Positions 26,505 through 35,028 of a DNA stretch of 35,028 bases are shown here, piece by piece (position 1 is the first letter of the stretch; each line of letters opens with the position of its first letter). Under the pieces are notes generated by a model, which was not told the origin of the DNA, did no database searches, and was given only the letters and a program-made list of their open reading frames with translations. The translations under genes were made by a program, and so were the position numbers. The DNA is taken from the IMG/VR virus record IMGVR_UViG_3300035396_001120, positions 1-35,028 of that record; one strand, written 5' to 3'. The stretch is from a virus (taxonomy: Duplodnaviria > Caudoviricetes).

Positions 26505-27906
26505 GCAGTTTATAGAATTTGATAATACAACTAGCATAGACAACGCAACAGTTATCCCTTTACAAAAAACAATAGGTGGGAGTACTAATCAAAAAATAAA
26601 CTGGTCAAGCCTTAAGACTCTAATACATGATTTTCTATATATTGGAAGCAATTTAAGAGCGCTCATAGATACCAAAGTAGAAGGTCCCACCGGAGCTACT
26701 GATGGGAGAGTTGCAGTTTATGATGGTGGTACAGGTACACTTATTAAAAATGGAACTAAAGCAGAAGTGGATTTAGTTACAGGGCCTGCGGGTGCTACTA
26801 CGGAGAATATTACAACTTTTAATGGGATAACTGGTAAAGTTATAAAAGATAGTGGTAAGGCTATTGCAACAACTTTAGGGGTTACAGATGGGGATATACC
26901 TACAAGCCTAGCTGTTAGAACATTTACTTTAAACCAAACAGGGAATAATGATTTAACAAGAAATGCTATTATAAATGGTAATTTTGATTTTTGGCAAAGA
27001 GGTACTTCTCTGGCTACTGGAGGTTATTTAGCAGATAGATTTAATCTCACCCTAGAAAGTACTACTGCTACACAAAGTAGACAAGCATTTACTACTGGCC
27101 AAACAGGGGTCCCCGGTAACCCAAAATATTATCACAGAACCGTAGTGACACTCCCGACTTTGGCTAGTAGTTATTGTTTTTTAACACAACCAATCGAAGA
27201 TGTCAGAACATTTCAAAACTCCAATATCACTCTTCAATTTTGGGCAAAAGCTGATTCAAATAAATCAATGACTGTTGAAATTGAGCAAGTATTTGGTACT
27301 GGTGAAGAAGCTTCTGTTTCAGCCCTAGGTTTAAATAAAATAGCATTAACCTCCACTTGGACTAAATATACATTAAATGTGTCTATACCTTCTATAACAG
27401 GTAAGACTATTGGTACTGCAAATGATTATCTTGCATTAAATTTTTGGACAAGTGCGGGTTCTAACTATGCCACTCGATCAAGCTCTTTGGGCTTACAATC
27501 CGGTACTTTTGATATTGCGAACATACAACTATGTCAAGGCACTTATACCAGTTTACCCGAGCATAGAAGACATTATGCGACAGAACTTGAAATGTGTCAG
27601 AGGTACTTTGAGAAGAGTTATAGTATAGAAGAAGCTATAGGGTCTACTATCGGACATGGGATACGAACTGCCTCAAAAAACCCGCATAGAGAGTGGGTTT
27701 CCTATAAAGTTAAAAAAAGGAAAAGAGTGCCCCCTACTATTTACAGCACAAGCACTGGAACTGTTGGGTATATACATAATGTAGGGGGCGGGAATGTGGC
27801 TGTGACAGTAGATGGAGTCTCTTATTCTGAGCATGGGGGAATGTTCTATACTGGACTTGTAAATTCTGACATTCAATTTGCGTATACGGCTGATGCAGAA
27901 ATATAA
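26497..27906 (+). CDS. Tail fibre, MGKQF paralog 2, with carbohydrate-binding-like domain
   Basis: Two 'GP..AT...A.F.G.TG..IK.' repeats, 'NAIINGNFDFWQRG...LADRF', 'ELEMCQRYFEKSY'. Confidence 0.85.
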   Translation: MGKQFIEFDNTTSIDNATVIPLQKTIGGSTNQKINWSSLKTLIHDFLYIGSNLRALIDTKVEGPTGATDGRVAVYDGGTGTLIKNGTKAEVDLVTGPAGATTENITTFNGITGKVIKDSGKAIATTLGVTDGDIPTSLAVRTFTLNQTGNNDLTRNAIINGNFDFWQRGTSLATGGYLADRFNLTLESTTATQSRQAFTTGQTGVPGNPKYYHRTVVTLPTLASSYCFLTQPIEDVRTFQNSNITLQFWAKADSNKSMTVEIEQVFGTGEEASVSALGLNKIALTSTWTKYTLNVSIPSITGKTIGTANDYLALNFWTSAGSNYATRSSSLGLQSGTFDIANIQLCQGTYTSLPEHRRHYATELEMCQRYFEKSYSIEEAIGSTIGHGIRTASKNPHREWVSYKVKKRKRVPPTIYSTSTGTVGYIHNVGGGNVAVTVDGVSYSEHGGMFYTGLVNSDIQFAYTADAEI

Positions 27907-27923
27907 CAAAGGAATAACTAATT

Positions 27924-29159
27924 ATGTATAAACATTACGCTAGAGTATTAAATGGAATAGTAGTTAAGTTCTTTTCCGATGCTTTTGAAACACCCGCAAG
28001 CAATGATATATGTATTAATAAAAATGGTGCTCGTCAATGCGACTTAAATGCTATAGATTCTGATGGTTTATATATTTATAAAGCGGATAGAAATAAGATT
28101 GTAGAACGAGATTTGTCTATAGAGAAATTAAGTCTAATAAAAAATAGAAAACTAACTAATTTAGAGGATGCTTACCGAAGTTTTATTTACAGTTTCTATC
28201 CTCAAGAAACACAACTTAAATATACTTTTAGATTCCAAGAATTACAAGAAAAGCAATTAGCAGGGTTTGCTTTAACAGAAATAGAAAAGGCAGAAAAATT
28301 ATCTTTACAAGAAAAGTATAAATGGTATAAATCTGTAAAGGATAAACATCAAATAGATAAAGATAATATTTTAAAATTAAATACTATTGAATCAATAAAT
28401 AACTATAAACTCTTTATACATAACGAAGAAACAAAAGTAGAAGTATACCCAAAAGATTATACCGAAAAAACAAATGAAGATGGTTTTAAGTACATTAAAA
28501 TAACAGCGGGTTTAGTAACAGATATATCTAATGATGAAAAACCTGGGTATTTTTTAAGCAGAGCAAACTTTTTATATTTAGGATTAGAAACCAAATATTT
28601 ATTATTTGACTATAGTAGATTTCTAACAGATGAAGAACTACTTGCTAAGAATATATACTTTGATAAAAAAGGTTTATATTCTAATGGTACAGAGTTTTAT
28701 ACAATAATCAATCTAAATGAAAACCCTAAGATTGGTTTTTATTTAATAAACTCTATGCCTGATTTAGCTTATGATGAATGGGTAACTGATAAGTTTGTAA
28801 GAAATGATGAGAAATATAAAGTAGTGCTTATACGAAAAATACGGGATAGTATAAACAATCAAACAGATATAGATATAAAGAGTGGTTGTGAATATGAAGG
28901 ATTTCTATTACCTATATCTGATGAATGGGAAGCAAAATATATTGGTATAGAGAAATCTTATAGTGAAGGTAGAGTTGCTCCTATAGTTATTGATGATGTA
29001 AATAATAAACCTTTTACAATAACGATTGATAATATAGGCAACTTAACTGATGTACTTTTCTCCTATAAATTAAAGTTAATACTTACAGCACAAGCGATAA
29101 AGAGAAGTTTAGATACTAAAACGATAGAGGACTTAGAAAAATGGGCAAGCAGTTTATAG
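27924..29159 (+). CDS. Tail fibre assembly chaperone-like protein (two-module fusion, C-terminal DUF4376-like)
   Basis: Shares 'DYSR.LT..EL' and 'IYS.YP...QL' modules with the 25405 protein. AAAGGA SD. Follows a fibre gene. Confidence 0.6.
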   Translation: MYKHYARVLNGIVVKFFSDAFETPASNDICINKNGARQCDLNAIDSDGLYIYKADRNKIVERDLSIEKLSLIKNRKLTNLEDAYRSFIYSFYPQETQLKYTFRFQELQEKQLAGFALTEIEKAEKLSLQEKYKWYKSVKDKHQIDKDNILKLNTIESINNYKLFIHNEETKVEVYPKDYTEKTNEDGFKYIKITAGLVTDISNDEKPGYFLSRANFLYLGLETKYLLFDYSRFLTDEELLAKNIYFDKKGLYSNGTEFYTIINLNENPKIGFYLINSMPDLAYDEWVTDKFVRNDEKYKVVLIRKIRDSINNQTDIDIKSGCEYEGFLLPISDEWEAKYIGIEKSYSEGRVAPIVIDDVNNKPFTITIDNIGNLTDVLFSYKLKLILTAQAIKRSLDTKTIEDLEKWASSL

Positions 29160-29623
29160 ATTTTACTCCTACAAGTAGCATAGATAACACAGACGTTTTT
29201 CCTTTACAAAAGAATGCAGACCCATATCTTAATAAAGGAATATCTTGGAGTGATTTGAAAGCAAGAATACAAGAAGTAATTGATGCGTCTATAGTCACCC
29301 TCACCAACCTATTGACAGGTCAAATAGATGCGAAAGTAAGTGGACCTTCAAGTGCAACAGTAGGAAGAATTGCTGTATTTAGTAATGTCAATGGAAAAGT
29401 AGTAAGCGAGAGCTCTAGATTAGAAACAGAATTAGTTGCAAGTACAGAAACATTAGTTGTAGATGGGCACCTTCCTGTTTTTCATTTAACAGGCGGTAAA
29501 ACTATTAGGAATAGTAGTATATTAGCTTCAAACATATATTCTTCAGCTAAAATAACAATATCAGCATCAGACCCCGCGCCTGGGACCCCTGCAAATGATA
29601 AAGATCTCTGGTTTACTATATAA
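29141..29623 (+). CDS. Short tail fibre / adaptor, MGKQF paralog 3
   Basis: Same N-terminus and GP-repeat as 26497. Ends 'ITISASDPAPGTPANDKDLWF'. Confidence 0.75.
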   Translation: MGKQFIDFTPTSSIDNTDVFPLQKNADPYLNKGISWSDLKARIQEVIDASIVTLTNLLTGQIDAKVSGPSSATVGRIAVFSNVNGKVVSESSRLETELVASTETLVVDGHLPVFHLTGGKTIRNSSILASNIYSSAKITISASDPAPGTPANDKDLWFTI

Positions 29624-29625
29624 GA

Positions 29626-30456
29626 ATGGCTACCAAAGTTGGGTCAGGTAATCAATATAACGCAATAACAAAAGCGTTTATCGGAGATCAAAATATATAT
29701 AATCCAGTTAAAAAAATATTCGTGGGCAGTAATGGAGTTTATAATTTAGCATATACCTCAACTACCCCCCCTATATTATGGAATAAATTAGAATCTGCTA
29801 CATCAACGATAGGTGCTAACTTTACAGAATATGGTACAGGCATATCATACCCTGCATGTAAATTTAATAACGGTGTGACAATAGCAGCGGGTAATGAGGG
29901 TACTCTTTACTTACTTAATAGTTCTAACTATATATCTAAAGACAAGTGGACAATAGAATTTTGGTTTAAATACTCAGGGAAATATGTAGTTGGCGGTGCT
30001 TCTAGTAGTGGGTCAAATCCATCTATTATTACTTCAGGCCCTTGGCTTGGTGTCGGGGACTCTTACCCATATCTATATTTTGGACATAGAACTGATGGTG
30101 TAAAAACGCAATTAAATTTTCTTCCTAATGCCACTGTTAATTATGACATACGAAATATTAGCATCAATATAGCACAAAATGATATAGTGTTTTGGAGTTT
30201 CGTGTACGATAATACGCTGAGTAGTCCAAATAGATTAAAGTTATACTATTACAACTACACTACGAATGCTTCAGGAATTTATACTGAGAACAATAGTACA
30301 GGAACATTTAACAATGTATGGGCGACCACTAATGCAAGACTAGTTCTAGGACGTGTACAAGGAAGTTTTAGTACTTATGGTATGTATGGTATATACGATA
30401 ACATTAAAATATATGACTACGCCAAGACTGATTTTAGCGATAGGAATACAGAATAA
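29626..30456 (+). CDS. Putative fibre-tip adhesin with LamG/concanavalin A-like lectin domain
   Basis: N-terminal 'KVG...KAFIG...KKIFVGSNGVY' beta-hairpin docking module, then 'WTIEFWFK' and 'YDNIKIYD' LamG-like strands. Confidence 0.65.
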   Translation: MATKVGSGNQYNAITKAFIGDQNIYNPVKKIFVGSNGVYNLAYTSTTPPILWNKLESATSTIGANFTEYGTGISYPACKFNNGVTIAAGNEGTLYLLNSSNYISKDKWTIEFWFKYSGKYVVGGASSSGSNPSIITSGPWLGVGDSYPYLYFGHRTDGVKTQLNFLPNATVNYDIRNISINIAQNDIVFWSFVYDNTLSSPNRLKLYYYNYTTNASGIYTENNSTGTFNNVWATTNARLVLGRVQGSFSTYGMYGIYDNIKIYDYAKTDFSDRNTE

Positions 30457-30474
30457 AGTCCACTTTTTCTGCCA

Positions 30475-30488
30475 TAAGTAAAGATAAT
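30475..30488 (+). promoter_or_regulatory. Candidate phage late-promoter motif TAAGTAAAGATAAT
   Basis: Identical to 15221-15234. Intergenic, upstream of the GAAAGG SD and TTG 30520. Confidence 0.55.
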
Positions 30489-30519
30489 TAAGTAGTAGTT
30501 TAATGAAAGGCGATAATTT

Positions 30520-31671
30520 TTGATTCAAATATTACCATGGGGCACGGGCTCCGATACAATCCAAGGGTTTGTCCAATCTGACAATATATTATTTAATACA
30601 ACCTTCAATCGCCCTATTTCTAACCTTTATGATAATGATTCTTCTATAGTTAGTCAAATCTATGGTAATTTAGTAACAAATAAAGTATATGCAAGCTCTA
30701 TATCTCCTGAGACTCTGGGTACTGTTACAACAATAGATACTCCAATACTAGAGTTCGCAAGTTCTATAGAGGTAAAAGGTGCTTTTGTTATAACCGAGAA
30801 AATAGAAATATCTGACAATATTATACTACTTAATTCTAGTAATGCCTTACCTTTAAATGGAATATCTGGGTTCTCTGTAAACAGGTCGAATGGAAATGCT
30901 TCCGTTGTATTTGATAATGCTACTAAATACTGGAATATTGATAAAGATTTTCAAGTAAATACATTAAGAGTAGATTTATTAACAGCAGATACTGTAAATG
31001 CGAGTTATTTAGAGTTTAGCTATCCAACCTTAATAAATAATCCTGATGCAACATACAACAGGTTTTTCTATAAAAATGGCGATTTACAATATAAATTAAG
31101 TAATGGTGATTCCTATGTCATAGACACAACTGGTTTTTATGATGTATATGCAGAAACACAATCTGAGTTTGAAAGTGCTTTAAGTAATGCTAATAGAATA
31201 TATCTTAAAAATGGTAGTTATACATTAAATAGCGATTACTATTTAAAGAACGGATTTATGCTCCATGGGCAAAGTGAAGATAGCTGTATAATTACAGGAA
31301 CTAATGGTAGTTTTTTTGTAGCAAGTGAAGTAATAACAGACATAGAATGTAAAGGGTTTACTTTTGATTGTAATAATGAATCAAGAATAGAGGCTTATAC
31401 TTTTAATGCTTCAAATGTCGGTAACTCCTTTTTCAATATAAATATAAAAAATGTTGCAGACCCCGCAGTGTACTATAAAAATAATATAGGCGATATATTT
31501 TATGGCGTATCTAGTTCTGTAAGTTCGATTGCTTATCAAAACTTAGATTATGCTGAAATATGTGGTATTTCTAGTAATATTGGTGAGATGTTTGATAACT
31601 GCTCTAATGTTAAACTCAAAACCATAATAGAAAATGATCAATATTTTGGGGTAGGGAATTTTAGCCTATGA
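30520..31671 (+). CDS. Tail fibre / tailspike-like protein, MIQIL paralog 2
   Basis: 'FNRPISNLYDND', 'ISDNII', 'GFYD.Y.E.Q.EF', 'YLKNGSY', 'GQSEDSCII' are colinear with the 23403 protein. Confidence 0.75.
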   Translation: MIQILPWGTGSDTIQGFVQSDNILFNTTFNRPISNLYDNDSSIVSQIYGNLVTNKVYASSISPETLGTVTTIDTPILEFASSIEVKGAFVITEKIEISDNIILLNSSNALPLNGISGFSVNRSNGNASVVFDNATKYWNIDKDFQVNTLRVDLLTADTVNASYLEFSYPTLINNPDATYNRFFYKNGDLQYKLSNGDSYVIDTTGFYDVYAETQSEFESALSNANRIYLKNGSYTLNSDYYLKNGFMLHGQSEDSCIITGTNGSFFVASEVITDIECKGFTFDCNNESRIEAYTFNASNVGNSFFNINIKNVADPAVYYKNNIGDIFYGVSSSVSSIAYQNLDYAEICGISSNIGEMFDNCSNVKLKTIIENDQYFGVGNFSL

Positions 31672-32888
31672 TAATAATACCTAATAATTTATCTTCCTTA
31701 GAGTTTACCTCAGATTTTAGGTTAGACAAATATAATCTTAATGATAGATTACACCAACTGTACTCTAATGATAGCCATATAGTAAACGAAATAGAAGCAA
31801 GTGTTATAACCTCAAAACTTACAGCAGATCATTTCTACAAAATTAATAATACTCCAACAATTTTTACTGATAATGTTACTGCTTTATACGATGTAGTTTT
31901 AACAGGTAGTCATGCAGTTATAGAAGTTGAAAACTTAAGAATAAAAGATAGTTACCTTTCTTTAAATAATTCTAGTAATCCTGGGGCTTTAGCAACAGCA
32001 GGTTTAGGACTACTAACATCTACAATAAGCGGCTCAGAAACTCAAAGTTTACTTTATGACTTAGTTGCAGATTCTTGGTTATTCTCTGGTAGCGGAATAG
32101 ACTTCGGGGCTAGTTTATTAGTAGCTAGTATGATAGCCCCTGCTACGAATCAAGATACTATAAATTTAATAGAGTATGACTTTAATACAATAAAAGATGA
32201 AACAGCTTCGACTGTATGGGCAAGAAGATATGAGAGTGGGAACGTTAATCTATACTCTAAATCTCCAAGTAATGATATTAAAAAACTTAGAACATTAAAA
32301 GAAGAGTTTACACATATAATTTATAGTCAAAAAGATGTTGATGCTCTTTATGGATCAAATCTACAAGGTGTTAGTGGTAATACTGTTTTAGGGTTACCTT
32401 ATACAACAGAGTTAGGGTCTTATGTAGTTCAGCAAAACTCAAACTATGCTGTTTTATTTGATTATGGCGATTATCATTTAAGATATAAAATAAAATTAAT
32501 AAATGGTAAGATTAAAGGTAAACATAGAGCCTACACAACTATCACAAGTACAAAAGGTATAGTAATAGAAAATAGTACGAATGCAGAAATTCAAAATATT
32601 GGCTTTAGTAATTGTAGTGGTGAATATCTTATACAGTTAGATAACAGTAGGAAATGCAAGGTTGATATTAAAGCAGAAAACAATGATATATCGTATGTTA
32701 TAGATAGTATAGGGTCTATAGGGAATACTTTTAATTGTTTAATGGAAAATAATAGTGCTATTTGTTTCCATGGTAGCGATAGGGATTTTTATAAAGGTGT
32801 TTATAATAATAACACTAGGACATTTAGTAGCTGTATTGGTATGGCTCAGATTTTTGAAGATGATAATTTAATTTTTGGTGGTATATAA
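31668..32888 (+). CDS. Tail fibre / tailspike-like protein, MIQIL paralog 3
   Basis: 'LNDRLHQLYSNDSHIV...ASVITSKL', 'IKDSYLSLN', Asn/Cys-rich beta-helix C-terminus. Confidence 0.7.
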   Translation: MIIIPNNLSSLEFTSDFRLDKYNLNDRLHQLYSNDSHIVNEIEASVITSKLTADHFYKINNTPTIFTDNVTALYDVVLTGSHAVIEVENLRIKDSYLSLNNSSNPGALATAGLGLLTSTISGSETQSLLYDLVADSWLFSGSGIDFGASLLVASMIAPATNQDTINLIEYDFNTIKDETASTVWARRYESGNVNLYSKSPSNDIKKLRTLKEEFTHIIYSQKDVDALYGSNLQGVSGNTVLGLPYTTELGSYVVQQNSNYAVLFDYGDYHLRYKIKLINGKIKGKHRAYTTITSTKGIVIENSTNAEIQNIGFSNCSGEYLIQLDNSRKCKVDIKAENNDISYVIDSIGSIGNTFNCLMENNSAICFHGSDRDFYKGVYNNNTRTFSSCIGMAQIFEDDNLIFGGI

Positions 32889-32891
32889 AAG

Positions 32892-34703
32892 ATGGCTAAT
32901 AATATTTATTTTAAAAATAATGTACTTATTAAAGATGACAAAGTTTATGGTATTGATACTGCCAATTATGTAATAAATAAACTTAGTGATTTCCTTGCTT
33001 ATTTTGGAACATTGGGGTTATCTAATAAAACCCCTCTTAATAAAACTCCAGGGTTATTAAACAATGGTTTTACTACAGAAAACAATAATGGAGTTTATAG
33101 TGTTTATTTATCTAGGGGTAAATATCTAATAAAAAATTCTTATGATGAAAATGGGGATGTTGTTCCTTACGAATTGTATAATAGAATTGTAATTACAAGT
33201 GGTGTAGAAATTATTTGCGAAAAAGATGTGGTTATATTGTATAAAACCCCTTATGCCAGTTTTACTGGATTAAATGAAACTAATATCGTTCCATATGAAA
33301 TGAGCACTAATAAAATTTACATTAACGAGAAAGATGCTTATAATGTTGACCCCTACAGCGAAAGACAAGGAGATTACTTATACTTAGAAAACGCTACAAG
33401 TGTTGCTTTATATGATGATGTTGAAGTAACAAATAATTACGTGGATAATGTTACAAGTATTGTAAAAAGTGTAAATCCGAATATTGTGAATAGTGTAACT
33501 CCTGTTGGAACAAACCCAGCTTTTTTTGATTTTGAAGGATATGTATACTGCGCTTCTTTATCTGGCGGTAATATTGTATTTAATAAATATAAAGTAGGCG
33601 CTTTAGGATTAGAGATTGATAGTACTTTTACACAACAAACAGTTCAATCGACTGTTGGAGCAGCTACAAAAATTAGACTTTATATGTATAGAGATGGATC
33701 TAATGATATAAAAACTTTTATTACTTTTTTCTCTAATGGTAATTTATTAAAATATAGATACGATTCTAATTTTGGTAATTCATGGGCAGGACCTACTCTA
33801 CAAATAACTAATCAAGATGTGACAGGGGCCGAACTAATAGAAATATGTGCAAACCACACAAATAATGACCTATATGTTTATACTAGAAATGTCCAGTATA
33901 GTGGGAGCAATAATGACCCTAAAATACATTTACTACAATATTCGTTTCCATATACATCTATTTCTCTGCCTACATCTATTACAGATGCTGGGGGGAATAG
34001 CCTAAGAATCAGTATAAAAAACTTTAATAATAAAATATTTATATCCTATTCTGATGGTGCGCTTTTTAGCCCCTCCTTACGCATCCTAGAGGACGGGGTT
34101 GATAAAAGCCCAACACCAACACCTACTTGCGGAGAATTTAGTGATTTTTATACTTATAGTGATTCTGGAAACTCTACTCCAAATAAAATAGGCTTAGTTT
34201 TCACGAATATGGGCACAGCAACTGTGGAGTATAGTGAGTCCTCCGTATCTAACTTTTCTACAGCGAGTCATGTTTGCGATATTCCTTTCAGCACAAATGA
34301 CCTAAAAGCATATACAAATTATTCCAATGTATTTGGAGATAATAATCTTATAAATGTTTTACTCCCCTTGAACTCAAATATGACATATGCAACAAGAACA
34401 AATAACACTTGGTTTGCGTCTACCTTAGATGCTTCTTATGTATATGACAGAGCAATTTATGCCTCCAATGATTATGTATATTTGACAGAGGGTTTACATA
34501 TAGACAAATACAACTACAACAACATCATTACACTTGCCCATAATGTAAAAGAACCAACATCTACGAGTTTATCTATAACTCATGATTATAGTAAAAATGT
34601 TACCTTAGATTTAAAGATAAAGAGTGGCGATGGGGTAGATGTATGGGATGCGGTGAACTTAGAAAACGTGGTTAATTATGACTGCACAGTAGTTGAGGAA
34701 TAA
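32892..34703 (+). CDS. Putative tail fibre / receptor-binding protein
   Basis: 603-aa Asn/Ser/Thr/Tyr-rich beta protein with a beta-helix-entry-like segment 'VYLSRGKYLI...GVEIICE', located in the fibre array. Confidence 0.6.
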   Translation: MANNIYFKNNVLIKDDKVYGIDTANYVINKLSDFLAYFGTLGLSNKTPLNKTPGLLNNGFTTENNNGVYSVYLSRGKYLIKNSYDENGDVVPYELYNRIVITSGVEIICEKDVVILYKTPYASFTGLNETNIVPYEMSTNKIYINEKDAYNVDPYSERQGDYLYLENATSVALYDDVEVTNNYVDNVTSIVKSVNPNIVNSVTPVGTNPAFFDFEGYVYCASLSGGNIVFNKYKVGALGLEIDSTFTQQTVQSTVGAATKIRLYMYRDGSNDIKTFITFFSNGNLLKYRYDSNFGNSWAGPTLQITNQDVTGAELIEICANHTNNDLYVYTRNVQYSGSNNDPKIHLLQYSFPYTSISLPTSITDAGGNSLRISIKNFNNKIFISYSDGALFSPSLRILEDGVDKSPTPTPTCGEFSDFYTYSDSGNSTPNKIGLVFTNMGTATVEYSESSVSNFSTASHVCDIPFSTNDLKAYTNYSNVFGDNNLINVLLPLNSNMTYATRTNNTWFASTLDASYVYDRAIYASNDYVYLTEGLHIDKYNYNNIITLAHNVKEPTSTSLSITHDYSKNVTLDLKIKSGDGVDVWDAVNLENVVNYDCTVVEE

Positions 34704-34704
34704 C

Positions 34705-35028
34705 ATGGCTTTTACAAAACTTATAACAAGTAATAATAGAACCTTCGGCGGGAAGATTGACCTTAAACAGAATAGTTATAAAGAAGACCTTATAGTTTTT
34801 GATAAAGTAATAAATAGTGAAGTAAAGTTTAAGGTGGAGAATGATAAGGCTGAAACCCTTGGAACTCAAACATCTTTGGGAGATAATACTGATTGCTCTG
34901 ATTTCTCCTCTATTACTATGTTAGATGGTAGAATATTTACTTCTTATTCAAATGGGGTAGACTCAGGGAAAGGTTATTATGTTATATATGACCCAAATAC
35001 TAATACCCTTGGGACTCAAACATCTTTG
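34705..35028 (+). CDS. N-terminal part of a repeat-containing (beta-propeller-like) virion protein, 3'-truncated; not in the ORF track
   Basis: GAGGA SD, ATG 34705, open for 108 codons to the window end: MAFTKLITSNN...TLGTQTSL...YDPNTNTLGTQTSL. Confidence 0.75.
   Translation, partial: MAFTKLITSNNRTFGGKIDLKQNSYKEDLIVFDKVINSEVKFKVENDKAETLGTQTSLGDNTDCSDFSSITMLDGRIFTSYSNGVDSGKGYYVIYDPNTNTLGTQTSL
34855..35028 (+). repeat. 150-bp-period direct repeat (start of an intragenic tandem array)
   Basis: ACCCTTGGAACTCAAACATCTTTG (34855-78) versus ACCCTTGGGACTCAAACATCTTTG (35005-28): 23/24 identical, in frame. Confidence 0.7.

Noticed and set aside
2391-34869. Short ORF-track entries nested in or antisense to long genes (2391, 2946, 3183, 4551, 7330, 7841, 10141, 10268, 10975, 11738, 18528, 19359, 23465, 25364, 27673, 29116, 30346, 34672)
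   Set aside because: They overlap well-supported genes, show shadow-frame composition and contain no recognisable motifs.
1-35028. Genome-wide TAG or TGA reassignment (alternative genetic code)
   Set aside because: Long ORFs up to 1577 aa are intact under code 11. TAG ends genes at 5205, 9609, 11547 and 29159 at sensible boundaries. Only one in-frame TAG was found.
23403-35028. Diversity-generating retroelement or invertible shufflon acting on the fibre genes
   Set aside because: No reverse transcriptase, no adenine-specific TR/VR pair, no recombinase, and all cassettes are in the same orientation within this window.
34855-35028. CRISPR array
   Set aside because: Only two 24-bp copies 150 bp apart, in frame within an open reading frame with a synonymous difference, so it is a coding repeat.
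1-35028. tRNA, rRNA or other structured RNA genes
   Set aside because: Intergenic gaps are short and AT-rich, and no cloverleaf or T-loop signatures were seen by eye.

Overview
This AT-rich 35 kb window looks like part of a large contractile-tailed (myovirus, T4-like baseplate) bacteriophage genome. The + strand carries a tail/baseplate module: end of a probable tape-measure gene, a 1577-aa hub, tube initiator, gp53/LysM wedge, gp5/VgrG-like spike, PAAR-like tip, gp25, gp6/J, gpI/gp7-like wedge, a gp26/gp51-like chaperone pair, and a long array of paralogous tail fibres, tailspikes and chaperones. A - strand replication block (10106-15198) interrupts it, encoding an SSB-like protein, an FmdB zinc ribbon, a family A DNA polymerase with an N-terminal UDG-like domain, and an unknown protein. 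A 2H phosphoesterase and a stand-alone 5'-3' exonuclease sit among the late genes. The main oddities are: (1) the polymerase has coordinated substitutions at normally invariant active-site residues (steric-gate Glu to Gln, motif-B Tyr to Phe, QGTAAD to QGFEGH) and an apparently inactive UDG domain; (2) the 2H phosphoesterase may be virion-packaged; (3) a candidate phage late-promoter motif (TAA)GTAAAGATAAT faces a sigma70-type promoter; (4) there is a likely programmed frameshift at TTTTTTCGT; (5) one gene missed by the ORF track is split by a single in-frame TAG; (6) two paralog triplets (MGKQF and MIQIL families) suggest a branched receptor-binding apparatus. All assignments come from motif recognition by eye; no database searches were run.
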